Positions 41,086 to 51,756 are shown, counted from the first letter of the stretch. The stretch: 64,000 nucleotides of DNA from a virus (IMGVR_UViG_3300037851_000141:224001-288000); one strand, 5' to 3'. Notes: a model not told the origin generated them from the letters alone. Made by a program: numbers and translations.

Positions 41086-41388
41086 CCTGCCGAAACCATG
41101 ATCAAGATGTTCGTTCGTAACCGCCGTGGTCGTCCTTGCGGAATCCTGCTTGGAACCAAGGTCAAGGGTCGAGTACAGATTGGCTACTCTCTCTGTAATA
41201 TGACTCTGGATAAGTGGAACCCCGTTCTTGGACAATCCATTGCTGAAGCTCGTATCGGCAAGGTGAACAAGAAGAATCTCCCGCACTCCGTAGCTAAGGT
41301 GTGGAGCCACTTTGAGGATCGCTGCGCTCGCTACTTCAAGGTAGGTAAGAAGACTGCCAAGAAGCGCGCCGCAAAAATTTCTGCTTGA
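41086..41388 (+). CDS. basic hypothetical protein
   Basis: Start MPAETMIKMFVRN after AAGGAGA; motif IGYSLC...D.W....G..IA..R...RYFK. Confidence 0.65.
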   Translation, partial: PAETMIKMFVRNRRGRPCGILLGTKVKGRVQIGYSLCNMTLDKWNPVLGQSIAEARIGKVNKKNLPHSVAKVWSHFEDRCARYFKVGKKTAKKRAAKISA

Positions 41389-41444
41389 CTTTGAGTAGAA
41401 AAGATATAAAATATAGGTGTTGAACAAGTATATATCTGTGGTAA

Positions 41445-41544
41445 GTCTCGCTCAATAGAGAGTCGGCCAATGTGAATAGATTCCGCGTTGAAGTAACATT
41501 GGCGTCCTTCGAAGGGGATACGCGGAACTCTTATTGGGTGAGAC
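41445..41544 (+). ncRNA. unidentified structured RNA: long closing stem enclosing an H-type pseudoknot
   Basis: 41445-41463 pairs with 41527-41544. GCCAATGT (41466-73) pairs with ACATTGGC (41496-503). TTCCGCGT (41481-88) pairs with ACGCGGAA (41520-27). Small hairpin at 41505-41518. Lies between a promoter (41385-41412) and tRNA-Leu. Confidence 0.7.
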
Positions 41545-41550
41545 AGACAT

Positions 41551-41634
41551 GCCCGAATGGTGGAATTGGTAGACGCGAGGGACTCAAAATCCCTTGGCCG
41601 CAAGGTCGTGTGGGTTCGAGTCCCACTTCGGGTA
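41551..41634 (+). tRNA. tRNA-Leu(CAA)
   Basis: GCCCGAA/TTCGGGT acceptor, AGGGA-CTCAAAA-TCCCT anticodon arm, long variable arm, GTGGG-TTCGAGT-CCCAC T-arm, A73; followed by CTA rather than CCA. Confidence 0.95.
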
Positions 41635-41638
41635 CTAT

Positions 41639-41715
41639 GGGCCATTAGCTCAATTGGTTAGAGCATCCGACTCATAATCGGCAGGTTCTAGGTTCAAGTC
41701 CTAGATGGCCCACCA
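41639..41715 (+). tRNA. tRNA-CAU, most likely Ile2 (lysidine type)
   Basis: GGGCCAT/ATGGCCC acceptor, loop CTCATAA, CTAGG-TTCAAGT-CCTAG T-arm, ACCA end; adjacent tilS supports Ile2 over Met. Confidence 0.9.
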
Positions 41716-41717
41716 AT

Positions 41718-41752
41718 AAAAATCCTCAATCTTAACTGGTTGGGGATTTTTT
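41718..41752 (+). terminator. rho-independent terminator
   Basis: AAAAATCCTCAATC / GGTTGGGGATTTTT hairpin with T-run. Confidence 0.75.
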
Positions 41753-41803
41753 ATTTGACAAACCTCTTAAACACTATATACTCTGCCCAAGAAAGGCGCT
41801 TAT

Positions 41804-42415
41804 ATGATCCGGTTTCTTGGCAAGTTACCTCAAGGGAAGATTTATATTGCGTTATCTGGTGGTGCTGATTCAATGGCAGTATTATCATTTCTAAACAACG
41901 GTAATCGTCAAATTGAGTGTCTTTATTTCAATCATGATACTAAACACGGTCAAGATGCCGAATATTTTGTAAAAGGTTATTGTTCAACTCATAATATTGG
42001 TTTACATATTGGTCAGATTACTAAAGATAAAGAAAAAGGTCAGAGTGAGGAAGAGTATTGGCGTTTTCAGAGGTATGATTTCTTTTCTAAGTTTACTGAT
42101 GCTCCTATTGTTATGGCTCATCATTTGAACGACTGTGTTGAGACTTGGATTTTCACGGCATTACATGGTTCACCGCAATTGATTCCTTATATGAACGGCA
42201 ATGTTATTCGGCCATTCTTAATTACGCCAAAGAGTGAATTTTTACGTTGGAATGAACGGCATAATGTTCCATTTATTCAAGACGATAGTAATTTTGATAA
42301 TGTACATATGAGAAATTATATTCGTAACGTGTTGGTGCCAAATAGTTTACATGTTAATCCTGGTCTTGAAACTGTGATTAAGAAAAAGCTATTGTCTCAA
42401 GCCGTTTCTTCTTGA
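41804..42415 (+). CDS. tilS: tRNA(Ile)-lysidine synthetase, N-terminal catalytic domain only
   Basis: ALSGGADSM, FNH, RYDFF, AHHLNDCVET, IRPFL, DDSN...RNYIRN. Confidence 0.88.
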   Translation: MIRFLGKLPQGKIYIALSGGADSMAVLSFLNNGNRQIECLYFNHDTKHGQDAEYFVKGYCSTHNIGLHIGQITKDKEKGQSEEEYWRFQRYDFFSKFTDAPIVMAHHLNDCVETWIFTALHGSPQLIPYMNGNVIRPFLITPKSEFLRWNERHNVPFIQDDSNFDNVHMRNYIRNVLVPNSLHVNPGLETVIKKKLLSQAVSS

Positions 42416-42460
42416 CTCTTCCCAAAATCTCAATAAAATAAAGCCTCGAAGGAATAAACC

Positions 42461-44178
42461 ATGTCAACCCTAAATATAACTGAGTCTGGATATTATTTTT
42501 GTCTATTTCATGGTCCAAAAATGATTAAATCAATAGCTAATGGTAATTGTTATTGGGAAATTAAATACATTGAAGTTGTGGAGACTGAAAAAATCATTGG
42601 TTCACGTAAATTGAAATCTGGTATTTGGGTAAGTTCGTTTGGATCTGTAAATTGGATGAGATATGAAGCATGTTCTATTATAAGAGTCCAAAAAGTTGAT
42701 TTCCCACCACTTCCAAAGGAATGAACTATGTACGGGTTATTTATTAGTTATTCAGACACCGCACCATATTCATCTGATGACATTCTCGCAACGTTCAATA
42801 GCGAATCTGATGCTGAATTTGTTGTCGAATTACTAAACAACAAATACAAGCAGGAATTCTCAGACAATAGTAAAAGATTTTCATATGAAGAGATTCCATT
42901 TTTTGATGTAGATGAGGAACAAATTGAAAAATTTTGCGATAAGATTATAGATGACCTTAAAAAAAGGAAAAGGTAACTTATGTATTGCCCAAATTGCGGA
43001 CACTCAGTAGAACCAATGACTGGCGGCTGGGGTGATTTTTGTAATCATTGTGGTTGGCGTGGTAGTGAAGCATCAAGATCCCCACGAAGAGACACCAGAA
43101 ATGATCCAAGTCCAGTAAAACCAACAAGTAAGCAATCAAATTATTCTGATGAAGATGATTATTCTGAGCATTGGTAAAAATACTATTGACATCCCAAATA
43201 AACTTGCTAAAATCATCATAAAGGAACCAACAAATGGCCAATCCAGAAATGGACAATTACTGTCATATACCATTAACAGATCAGCAAATAGATAAGTTGA
43301 TTACTGATCTTAAGCGTCAATATGGACCAGATGAATCGTTACCTATAGGTGAGATTGAGGCATTCCTAAAAAATAAATATTGCGGTAAACAAACTAAGTA
43401 AAAAATCAAATGACCGATTCATCCAACAATATACCATTAACGCAGCAGCAGATAGACGACTTAATAGTTGATCTTAAGCGTCGTTATGGTATACAAGATG
43501 ATAAACCAACAAACATATATCGTTATGGTGATCGTTGGTATACTCAATCACCAGAACAAACTATGGCAGAACTAATACAGATGGTTGAAGATAATCAGAT
43601 AAGCAAAGTAAATGCCAGGAAACATCTGAAAAGTTTAATTGACCAAACGTATGTCATATCTGATGCTGATGTAGCCAAGATGGACATCCATAGTATTACG
43701 TTTAAGTTTTACGAGTTTCCAAAGGGGTTTAAGTTCTCCGATCCACCATTTAAGTTTGTTGACAGCAATACTATTATCTATACCATACCAGAGGAACTAA
43801 AATGAATAACGAAGAAATATTTGAGCGATTAAACTCCAAGATGAATATTATTATTGTTATCTTATTGTTCATATGTTTAATCATAACAAATAAATATAAC
43901 GAACTTGAAATTTCCAAGAAATTAGATAAAATCATACAACATCAAGAAAAGAAAGTTGAAAAATGAAAAGAGCAAAGAAAGATTATCTAAAATCATTCAA
44001 GGTTAGCGGATTTAAGTGGGATATTGATCCAGTTTCATTATATAAATCCTGCGAAGATGAAACTGGCAATATTGAAATATCTAAAAAAGACTTAAAAAAG
44101 ATATTTGATGTTGCTATATTACGAGATTGTATTTCCAAAAGAATCATTGAAGACCTTAAACGTCAGATAGGCTATTGA
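42461..44178 (+). other. cluster of short hypothetical genes (42461-42724, 42728-42976, 42980-43177, 43234-43401, 43410-43805, 43963-44178)
   Basis: RBS-led ORFs. 43234-43401 (not in the track) and 43410-43805 share IPLT(D/Q)QQID(K/D)LI(T/V)DLKR(Q/R)YG. Confidence 0.55.
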
Positions 44179-44179
44179 T

Positions 44180-44776
44180 ATGAAATTCAAGTTTTTTGCT
44201 ATTGACCAACCACTGTATGATGCTTGGCGAAAATATTTAGGAGATTTAGATTTCATTTCAGTTCATTACGAGAATATATTTAATCAACAGACGGATTGTG
44301 TAGTTTCGCCGGCCAACAGTTTTGGATATATGGATGGTGGAATAGACGCATTATATACAAGATATTTTGGTCCTAAACTCCAGCAAAGACTTCAGCAAAC
44401 AATACAATGTAGTTTTCGTGGTGAATTATTAGTTGGTCAATCGATACTTTTAGAAACTGGCCACGAAAAAATACCTTACATGATATCGTCACCAACAATG
44501 AGATTACCAACTAAATTGCCAAAAAATACTGAAAATCCTTATTTGGCTATGCGAGCAACATTAATAAAATTGCTACAGAATCCAGATAAAAATATATCAA
44601 CGGTTAGTATTCCTGGTTTTGGTACTGGTGTCGGTGGTGTTGACCCTGTATTATGCGCTGCCCAGGTTCGTAGAGCAATTGATGATATATGGTTAGATAA
44701 GTTTACGTTTCCTACGAATTTTAATGATGCTGTATTACCATTTACGAATAGAATACCGGGAGATTATAATGACTGA
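44180..44776 (+). CDS. macrodomain (ADP-ribose binding/hydrolase) protein
   Basis: DCVVSPANSFGYMDGGID, GELLVGQ, ISSPTMR, VSIPGFGTGVGG. Confidence 0.88.
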   Translation: MKFKFFAIDQPLYDAWRKYLGDLDFISVHYENIFNQQTDCVVSPANSFGYMDGGIDALYTRYFGPKLQQRLQQTIQCSFRGELLVGQSILLETGHEKIPYMISSPTMRLPTKLPKNTENPYLAMRATLIKLLQNPDKNISTVSIPGFGTGVGGVDPVLCAAQVRRAIDDIWLDKFTFPTNFNDAVLPFTNRIPGDYND

Positions 44777-47700
44777 ATATACATCATCCCCCACAGATTT
44801 AACAGTTCAAAGCACCAAACAGGTTATTATTGAGGATTATTACGGGATGTCAAATTTTCCCATTAAAGCGACGTTTGATTTTTCTCAAGTACCAAATGAA
44901 TTACACGAAGCATTTTTGAACAGAATCTTAAACGAACATAAGGATAGGACAGCACCAATAGTATCAAATCCTGGACTATTAGGAAGAATATTTGGAAGGA
45001 AGAAATCATGAGTACCTTTATTTTTGTCATTGCTTATTTCGCAGCCATAATGTCATCTCTTTTACTTATTCTTAGGATTTTAGGATTTTTGACATATAGT
45101 AAACGTGATAGGTTGTTAGATCAGATAAAAGGTATAAGATCAACATTCCCGGTATTTTGGCCGTTTGTAATATCTTTTGTTGCTTGGACTTACATCATTA
45201 TCAGATCTTATTGATTGGAGGATAACATGAAACAAATATCAGACAAACTTTACGAACAATTAGTTGATTTGTTATACAGTTTAGAGGGATGTAAAAATCG
45301 TCGTGACTTAGATTGTATTGAAGAAGCTTCGGCATATCAATATCAACAGTCTGAGTATCCCCTTTGTTTTGGTTGTAAATGTCGTTTAATGCGAGAAGAA
45401 TTACAGTTATTGAAATAAATCATATGAAAACTCGCAAGCATCATAATAATAAAGGTTTACAGCAGATTAAAACCGGAAGTGTTAAAAGAGAAATAATAAG
45501 AATTGCTAAAAAATATAAAATCCCTTATGGTCGTAGAAAAAAGTAGTTGATTGTTGTCAAACCCCGAGTATAATCATTGCCTAAGAAATAAAGGAGTAAG
45601 TTATGTTGTCGGTTAAGAATATAAAGTATGCTGACTTTTTCTTTATAGTTTGTATTTGGATTAATATAGGTGTTATGTGTTATTTAGCTTTCACAAATAC
45701 TATTAAACATAATCAAAAGAATACAAAAGAAATCAAGCCTGACCTTATAGGTAAAGAGATAACAGTTTGCGGGAAACGGGGTGTTATAACAAGTACTATG
45801 GACGATGAGGTACGCATATTTTTCATAGATACAGAAACTAAAGTATGGTTGCCATTAAAAGTATGTAAATTCCAAGATAACCAAGTAGAAAAGGATACCA
45901 AATGAACATCGAAGAAATCATCCACCAAATGTATAAAGATCACAATGAATTGATGTCTTTGGCTAAAGCTGAATTTGAGCCATTACGTAAATTTATAAAC
46001 ACTACCAAAATAACATCAGTTCGTGGTAAAGGATTGTTTGGATTTATATTCCAAGAGAAAAAAGTTGAAACAGTACCATTACAAATAGAATATTCATATC
46101 AGTTAGGTCAAGAAGATTCTTTTGTTAAAGTGCGAGTCATTATTCGAGAATCATCGGTTTGTATGTACGAGAATTGTGTCAGATTTGAGGTTTTTACTTT
46201 GAAAGATTTTACATACAACGAAAAGAACCTGAAAATGTTTGTAGAAAATATACTTAGGTTAGTTAACGAGCGAGAACTAACTGAATATGGTAAAGCTATT
46301 TTTGATAGTGCTAAATCACAACTTAAAGAAATTCCAAGAGAGGTTGAGTCGTGATTGAAACTATGTCATATTGGAATATTATGAAACGTGGCAACTTCCG
46401 ATTCTATTGGTTTCCTGGTGTGATTCCTGGCATCTATCGGGATTATTATGACGGTTGGATGTTGGCGATTAACTTTGGAATATTTAGTTTAGAATGGACC
46501 GGAGCATGAAACTATCTCTTTATGACAGATTCTTAAAGTTATTTGGAGTAAACATTACCTATGAGTGGTGTGTTGTCGGTTGCCTAATTGGTCGTCATAG
46601 TTGGGATTACCGTTTAGAAAAATGCCGGAATGGAACTCCTGTTATTTCTGGTGGATTTCTAAACGTTATAAAAGTCCAAACAGAAGAACATGCTAAAGAG
46701 ATTTATGACGAGTTTACTGAAAAGGCTGAAAAATATAACAAAGAACAAGGATATGCGCCATGAAAAATAAACAATCGCGCCTTGTTGGAAGTATTCTCTG
46801 GTCAGAAGCAAGACCGTTTTTCTATGGCATTTATACTGGAATTACGATTGACGGAGAAAAATGTAAAATTGATTATGATTATAAGGTAAAAGCGTATACT
46901 AAATCTGGTCAAATTGGTACTGATAAGATATTATGTTGGCATTTCCGAGTTAAACATTTTGAAGCCATGTATAACGAACTTGATTTACCTTCATAACAAA
47001 TAAAAAGGAAACAAAATGAGCCAAGACCTCCAAAAATTAGCCACAATCTCCTATGTCACCGACTGCGATACCGAATTATATGTTTGTGGTGAGATGACAG
47101 GTGGATTTGATGAAGAAGAACTTAAAAAATATTTAGAACGATACGAGAAGACAGGATTAGAAGATATACTATTACAACTATCCTTTATGACTCATCACGC
47201 AATAATGGCTTGGCGAAAAATACAAGACGATAAAAATATAGGAGCAACGTGTGAACAACCAACGAATTGAACTTATCATAGCCAAACTTCAACTCATGCT
47301 GACTAAACAGAATTCAACATGGGCAGATTACGATTATATTATCCAACTACTACATCAAGACCACCGAGAAACCAGCAAGGATAAGATAATTGAAAATAAT
47401 AAGTTAATTTCTGATGGACATTATACAGATTTTTGTTATCCTAAATGCGGAAGCTACATGTTTGGTTCATCATTAACTAAAGATGGTTGGATACGTCATT
47501 GTCATGGAAACGAAAAATGGAAATGTGATTACTCTGCTCCCGAATACGAAGACCACAAACACTTTAAGAAATTTGTAAAAAAAACGAAGAATTTATTGCT
47601 GATGAAATGGTGAGCGATGAGAATAATCAACAGCCGTAATCTTCCACTTAACTTCGGTAAACATCGGGACTTATCTCTAAAACAAATAGCAGATAGGTTT

Positions 47701-50577
47701 CCAGGATATTTCTGTTGGCTAAAACGAGATAAAGTTATTAAAATGCGAACCAAAAAAGATCAAAATTGGTTCAATCAAAGGGCAAATACCTTAAATAAAC
47801 GGACCACACTTATTAGAACAATCTTGTATGATGCTCAAGATGATTCAATAGCAGATTATTTACAAGAAACCGCCTACAACGAACATTGGGGATATTAAGA
47901 TGAGATTTATATACGCCCAAAATCCACTTAATACCGAAATCTATCTTGACGAAACAGATATCAAAATCGCTCGACTAAAGATAGAAATAGCCGACTTGGA
48001 AGATTCTATTTTCTCAGCACAATTTCATCTTGATCAACCACAATTCCGCGATCAAGAAAAAGCAAACTGGCATATAACACAACCAAAGTTATATACCGAA
48101 GAACGAGAAAAAATGTTAGATGATAGGACTAAAGAACACCTAAAATCTCTCATTGAACCTCATGTTGGTGATTGTATTTGTTTACCGTGTACCTGCGAAA
48201 AATGTTATATATCAGATATGCTTGACATTGACGAACTTGGATTCAAATCAAAAGGGTTTAACAAGCATATAGGTTATCTTATTCATCGAACCTTCCAAAA
48301 TGCAGCTACTTGTTCTGAGGCAATTGAATACTTAAGTAAAAATCCTCCAAATGAAAACTGGAGCAAAAACTATCATGACAATTATCAAAAAGCACTTGAC
48401 TATCTCAAAGAACATGATAAACTGTTAAGCATATGTAAAGGGGCCTAACATGAGCGACCTGGATTTAACTTGCGATGTTAGTAAATCTTCGTTTGGTACA
48501 ACTAATTTTATAAAATATGAGATTAGAACCAATTTTCATGATGCGTTCCCTGCGATTATAATTACATATAGGTCAAACCGCGATGATGCCGCTATTCCTG
48601 AACTTGATTTATCATTTAGTAGTGGTGGAATTGAAACTCCTGAAAACTTATATCAATGGTCTGAATTCACTCAACAAATGTCTGATGCTTGGTCACTCGC
48701 AACTAAAATAATAGAACACCATAAAATAAATACAAAACCATATATTGAACCAGAAGAAAAATTAGACCCAGCTATAAAAAAACTCCCGCTGAAATACAAG
48801 AAAAAGTTTAGTTTATCATATGACCATCAAGCGCGAACATTAGATCCAGTTAATGGGTATATTCGGAAAACTGGCTGGACTATTGTTGGTAAAATTCATG
48901 AAGATTACTACGAATGGATAAATGACTTTGAAGCATTCCACCCAAAATATGGAAGAGTAAAAGGAAACTTCGAATCATTAGTAGAAGCATCATCGAAGAA
49001 AGCATATGATCGGTTTGTCAAAGACCATCCATTTCACGAATGGGACTACTACGATATATGAAACATCAAAAAACTCCAAATGATACCAAGTTTCTAAAAG
49101 ATTTTGATTCTTGGATTAAAAAGAAGATGCGTAGAAACATTGATCCATATAATCTTGCTCTGGATGCCGTTTCTTGGGCTAAAAATTATCTCAATGCTGG
49201 TACGTGGATTAATGTAAAAGATGATTTGCCTAAAGTTGGAACCTGTGATGGAATATACGATCACGTTCCAGTATTTGCCTATAACGGCTCAAAAGTCATA
49301 CCTTGTTATTTTACTATTTACGACGAAGGTATTATGTTTATGACCGATGAAGGACTTAGAATAACGAACGTCACTCACTGGATGGCTGCCCCTAACTCAC
49401 CAAAGGAATAACATGAAAAAACTTAATGAAGACTGGTTTGACAATACAATGAAAGATTCTATATCACAACTATCAAAAGATGTAAAAGCAAATCTTAGTA
49501 GTCTGAAAATCTTAGAATACTACCCATACGGACCAAAAAAGACATATGCCTCTTGGTTACGTTGCTCTGAAGATTTGAGTCAAGAATATATTGTACATGA
49601 CCGATATTCTAAGATGACAGAAATGGAATTGGTTGTTGATATAATGTCTGAAGTGTCCAAAGCAATGTACTATACTATCATTGACAGACCTGGATTCAGT
49701 AAATACCAGACTATTCAAGCGTTTGGTATGAGTCAGATATTTAGTCGTGGAATAATTGATTGGAATAAAGAAATAACAAAAGGAAAAACTGAAGCCGAAA
49801 TAATTGCTTTGGAAACGAAACATGAGAAACTGTTGCGCCGAGTTCATAGTGATTATAATGAAATACAATTTAAGCGATCATTAAAGCATTATCCAGTAAA
49901 TGAAAGAAAAGCGTTAATTGAAGAACATGAGAAGGAAGAACAAAAACATAAGGAAGCCAATCGAAAAAAGTATGGGATATATGAAGTTAAAGTCCTACCT
50001 CTTATGGGTGAAACTGGTAAGCCACTCTATACGAAACAACAACTCGCGGCCATAAATTTCATCGTAGGCATGTCTTTTGAGAATATGTGCTGATATGGAC
50101 CGAGATGACCCCGAATTAGTTAAGTATGCCGTAAACTATGTGACCTCCCACTGTACTTGCGAAATTGAAGTCGGTATGGGATCACTCTGTCCATTTTGCC
50201 GCTCACAAATAAAATCAAGAGAACCCGAAGTTGAACCACCTAAAAGTAAATCAGTTCCAGCTATCCAGAATATAGAAATAGTAGAAGAAGTTATAAGCCT
50301 TGTCAATGAAGTTAAATCAGGGCAAGATGTTATTTGCTTGAATTGCCACAAAGATTCATTTAAGTTCCGAACAGGTAAATATGGTGATTTTGTATATTGT
50401 CCAACCTGTAAATGTACTATGTCAGGATCATCTGCTTTGAGAAAACTAAAAAATGATCTTTTCGGTACAACCCAACCATCAAGAATAAACTATGGTTGCG
50501 ATACTGGTGGATTCCTTACTCCAGATTTAGATGATGCTGACCCGACAGATTCTCACCATTTGATGTATGGCTCTTAA
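44724..50577 (+). other. run of about 18 short plus-strand hypothetical genes, including an exonuclease X C-terminal-like motif protein (47617-47898, FGKHR.L..I....PGYF.WL) and Zn-finger proteins
   Basis: Contiguous ORFs with RBSs and overlapping start/stop codons; no further family motif recognised. Confidence 0.55.
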
Positions 50578-50851
50578 GAAAGGAATAACATGTTTCACGA
50601 AGATTATGTAAAGAACGTTAAACATATTCTTGAACTCATGAATAAATACGAACCTTATCCAAATGACAAATCTAAAATCTTATCTCAAATAAATAGACTC
50701 GTACAAACTGAAATCCATAAAGTCCATGATGAAATAGAATCCGCTATAAAGGAATTGGAAGGCTAAACATGATTAACCTTCGCTATCTCATCAAACGCAC
50801 AAAATCAATAGAAAAAATAGCACTATATCCAGGTAGAAAAAATAGAAAAGA

Positions 50852-51505
50852 TTATAATCCAGGAGCCGCGTCTGATTTACGGTCATCATAAGGCATAGTG
50901 TAATCTGGACGACTCATTCTATCTCTTTGACCGTCTTCATCATCAGAATCATTCCAACCATTTTCATACGCCCAAGCAAGTATCGGTTCTTTTGGTTTAG
51001 GCCAAGTTTCGCTTGTTCTACGTCTTCCATCAATATAAGCTTTTATTAGTTTATATAATAGAGAATCTTCTGGTATTTTCTTTTCGAAGAAATCTCCAAG
51101 TTGATTATCAGATGGACGGAATTGTTTAGCTTGTGCGTAGAATTTCTTTTCGGTTTCAGATCCAGCACCTAATTGTGGAAGGTTGAGTGCTTCTGTCATG
51201 GCTGCTATTTCTTCTGGAGTTACATCAATCTTTTCATATGAGGCGTCAGGTAAGTTTTCGACCTTACCAAAATCATTAAGGGATTGAATGTATCCTTTAT
51301 CATACGCCATACGTTCTTTTTCATTAGCAGGAGGCATATAGTTTGGATAATCCTGTTGACCCTTTTCTTCCCAATTAGTTTTTGCTGTTGGTTGAATCTG
51401 TTTACGGTGTCTGACTGCTGCTCTTGTTAATCTTCCTTCGCCCATTATAGATTCGTTTAGTTGTTGCCAAGTCTTTTTTAGGTCTTTATATAGTTTGTCG
51501 TCCAT
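50852..51505 (-). CDS. hypothetical protein, candidate internal virion protein
   Basis: Start reassigned to ATG 51505 (AAGGA RBS); TATAAATA at 51526-51533; leader DDKLYKDLKKTWQQLNES. Confidence 0.65.
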   Translation of the reverse strand: MDDKLYKDLKKTWQQLNESIMGEGRLTRAAVRHRKQIQPTAKTNWEEKGQQDYPNYMPPANEKERMAYDKGYIQSLNDFGKVENLPDASYEKIDVTPEEIAAMTEALNLPQLGAGSETEKKFYAQAKQFRPSDNQLGDFFEKKIPEDSLLYKLIKAYIDGRRRTSETWPKPKEPILAWAYENGWNDSDDEDGQRDRMSRPDYTMPYDDRKSDAAPGL

Positions 51506-51545
51506 TTGAGTTATTCCTTTAGACATATTTATATGATTTTTGTTC

Positions 51546-51573
51546 TTGACTCTACATAAATAGCTGATAGAAT
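51546..51573 (+). promoter_or_regulatory. sigma70-like promoter of the interrupted tRNA
   Basis: TTGACT-N16-TAGAAT about 20 nt upstream of the tRNA 5' end. Confidence 0.7.
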
Positions 51574-51592
51574 ATGCGCGTTGAAAAGATAT

Positions 51593-51713
51593 ACCCGTGT
51601 AGCTCAGATGGCAGAGCGAGAGCCTTCTGCGGAGATTATAGGAATATATTGGGTTCGAATCCCAATCTCTGCTCCAAAGCTCTAGGTCGGAGGTTCAAGT
51701 CCTCTCACGGGCG
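51593..51713 (+). tRNA. tRNA-Arg(UCU) interrupted by a 48-nt insertion between anticodon-loop positions 36 and 37
   Basis: 5' part 51593-51628: ACCCGTG, TA, GCTC-AGATGGCA-GAGC, G, AGAGC, CTTCT. 3' part 51677-51713: AA, GCTCT, AGGTC, GGAGG-TTCAAGT-CCTCT, CACGGGC, G. Removing 51629-51676 gives a canonical cloverleaf with loop CU-UCU-AA (1:72 is an A-C mismatch). Confidence 0.85.
51629..51676 (+). ncRNA. nested mini-tRNA (acceptor stem + T-arm + UCCA)
   Basis: GCGGAGA (51629-35) pairs with TCTCTGC (51666-72); T-arm TTGGG-TTCGAAT-CCCAA; 13-nt linker TTATAGGAATATA replaces the D and anticodon arms; ends T-CCA at 51673-76. Confidence 0.8.
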
Positions 51714-51719
51714 CTAACA

Positions 51720-51756
51720 AATAAACCCATCAGCATAACAACTGGTGGGTTTATTT
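51720..51756 (+). terminator. rho-independent terminator
   Basis: AATAAACCCATCAG / CTGGTGGGTTTATT hairpin. Confidence 0.75.

Noticed and set aside
41445-41544. Structured RNA as a degenerate tRNA, 6S RNA or known small ribozyme
   Set aside because: No cloverleaf or T-loop, too short and pseudoknotted for 6S, and the hammerhead CUGAUGA/GAAA core is absent; kept as unidentified.
51629-51676. Insert as a group I/II or bulge-helix-bulge tRNA intron
   Set aside because: 48 nt is far too short for a self-splicing intron, no BHB is evident, and the position is 36/37; it folds as a tRNA acceptor/T module instead.
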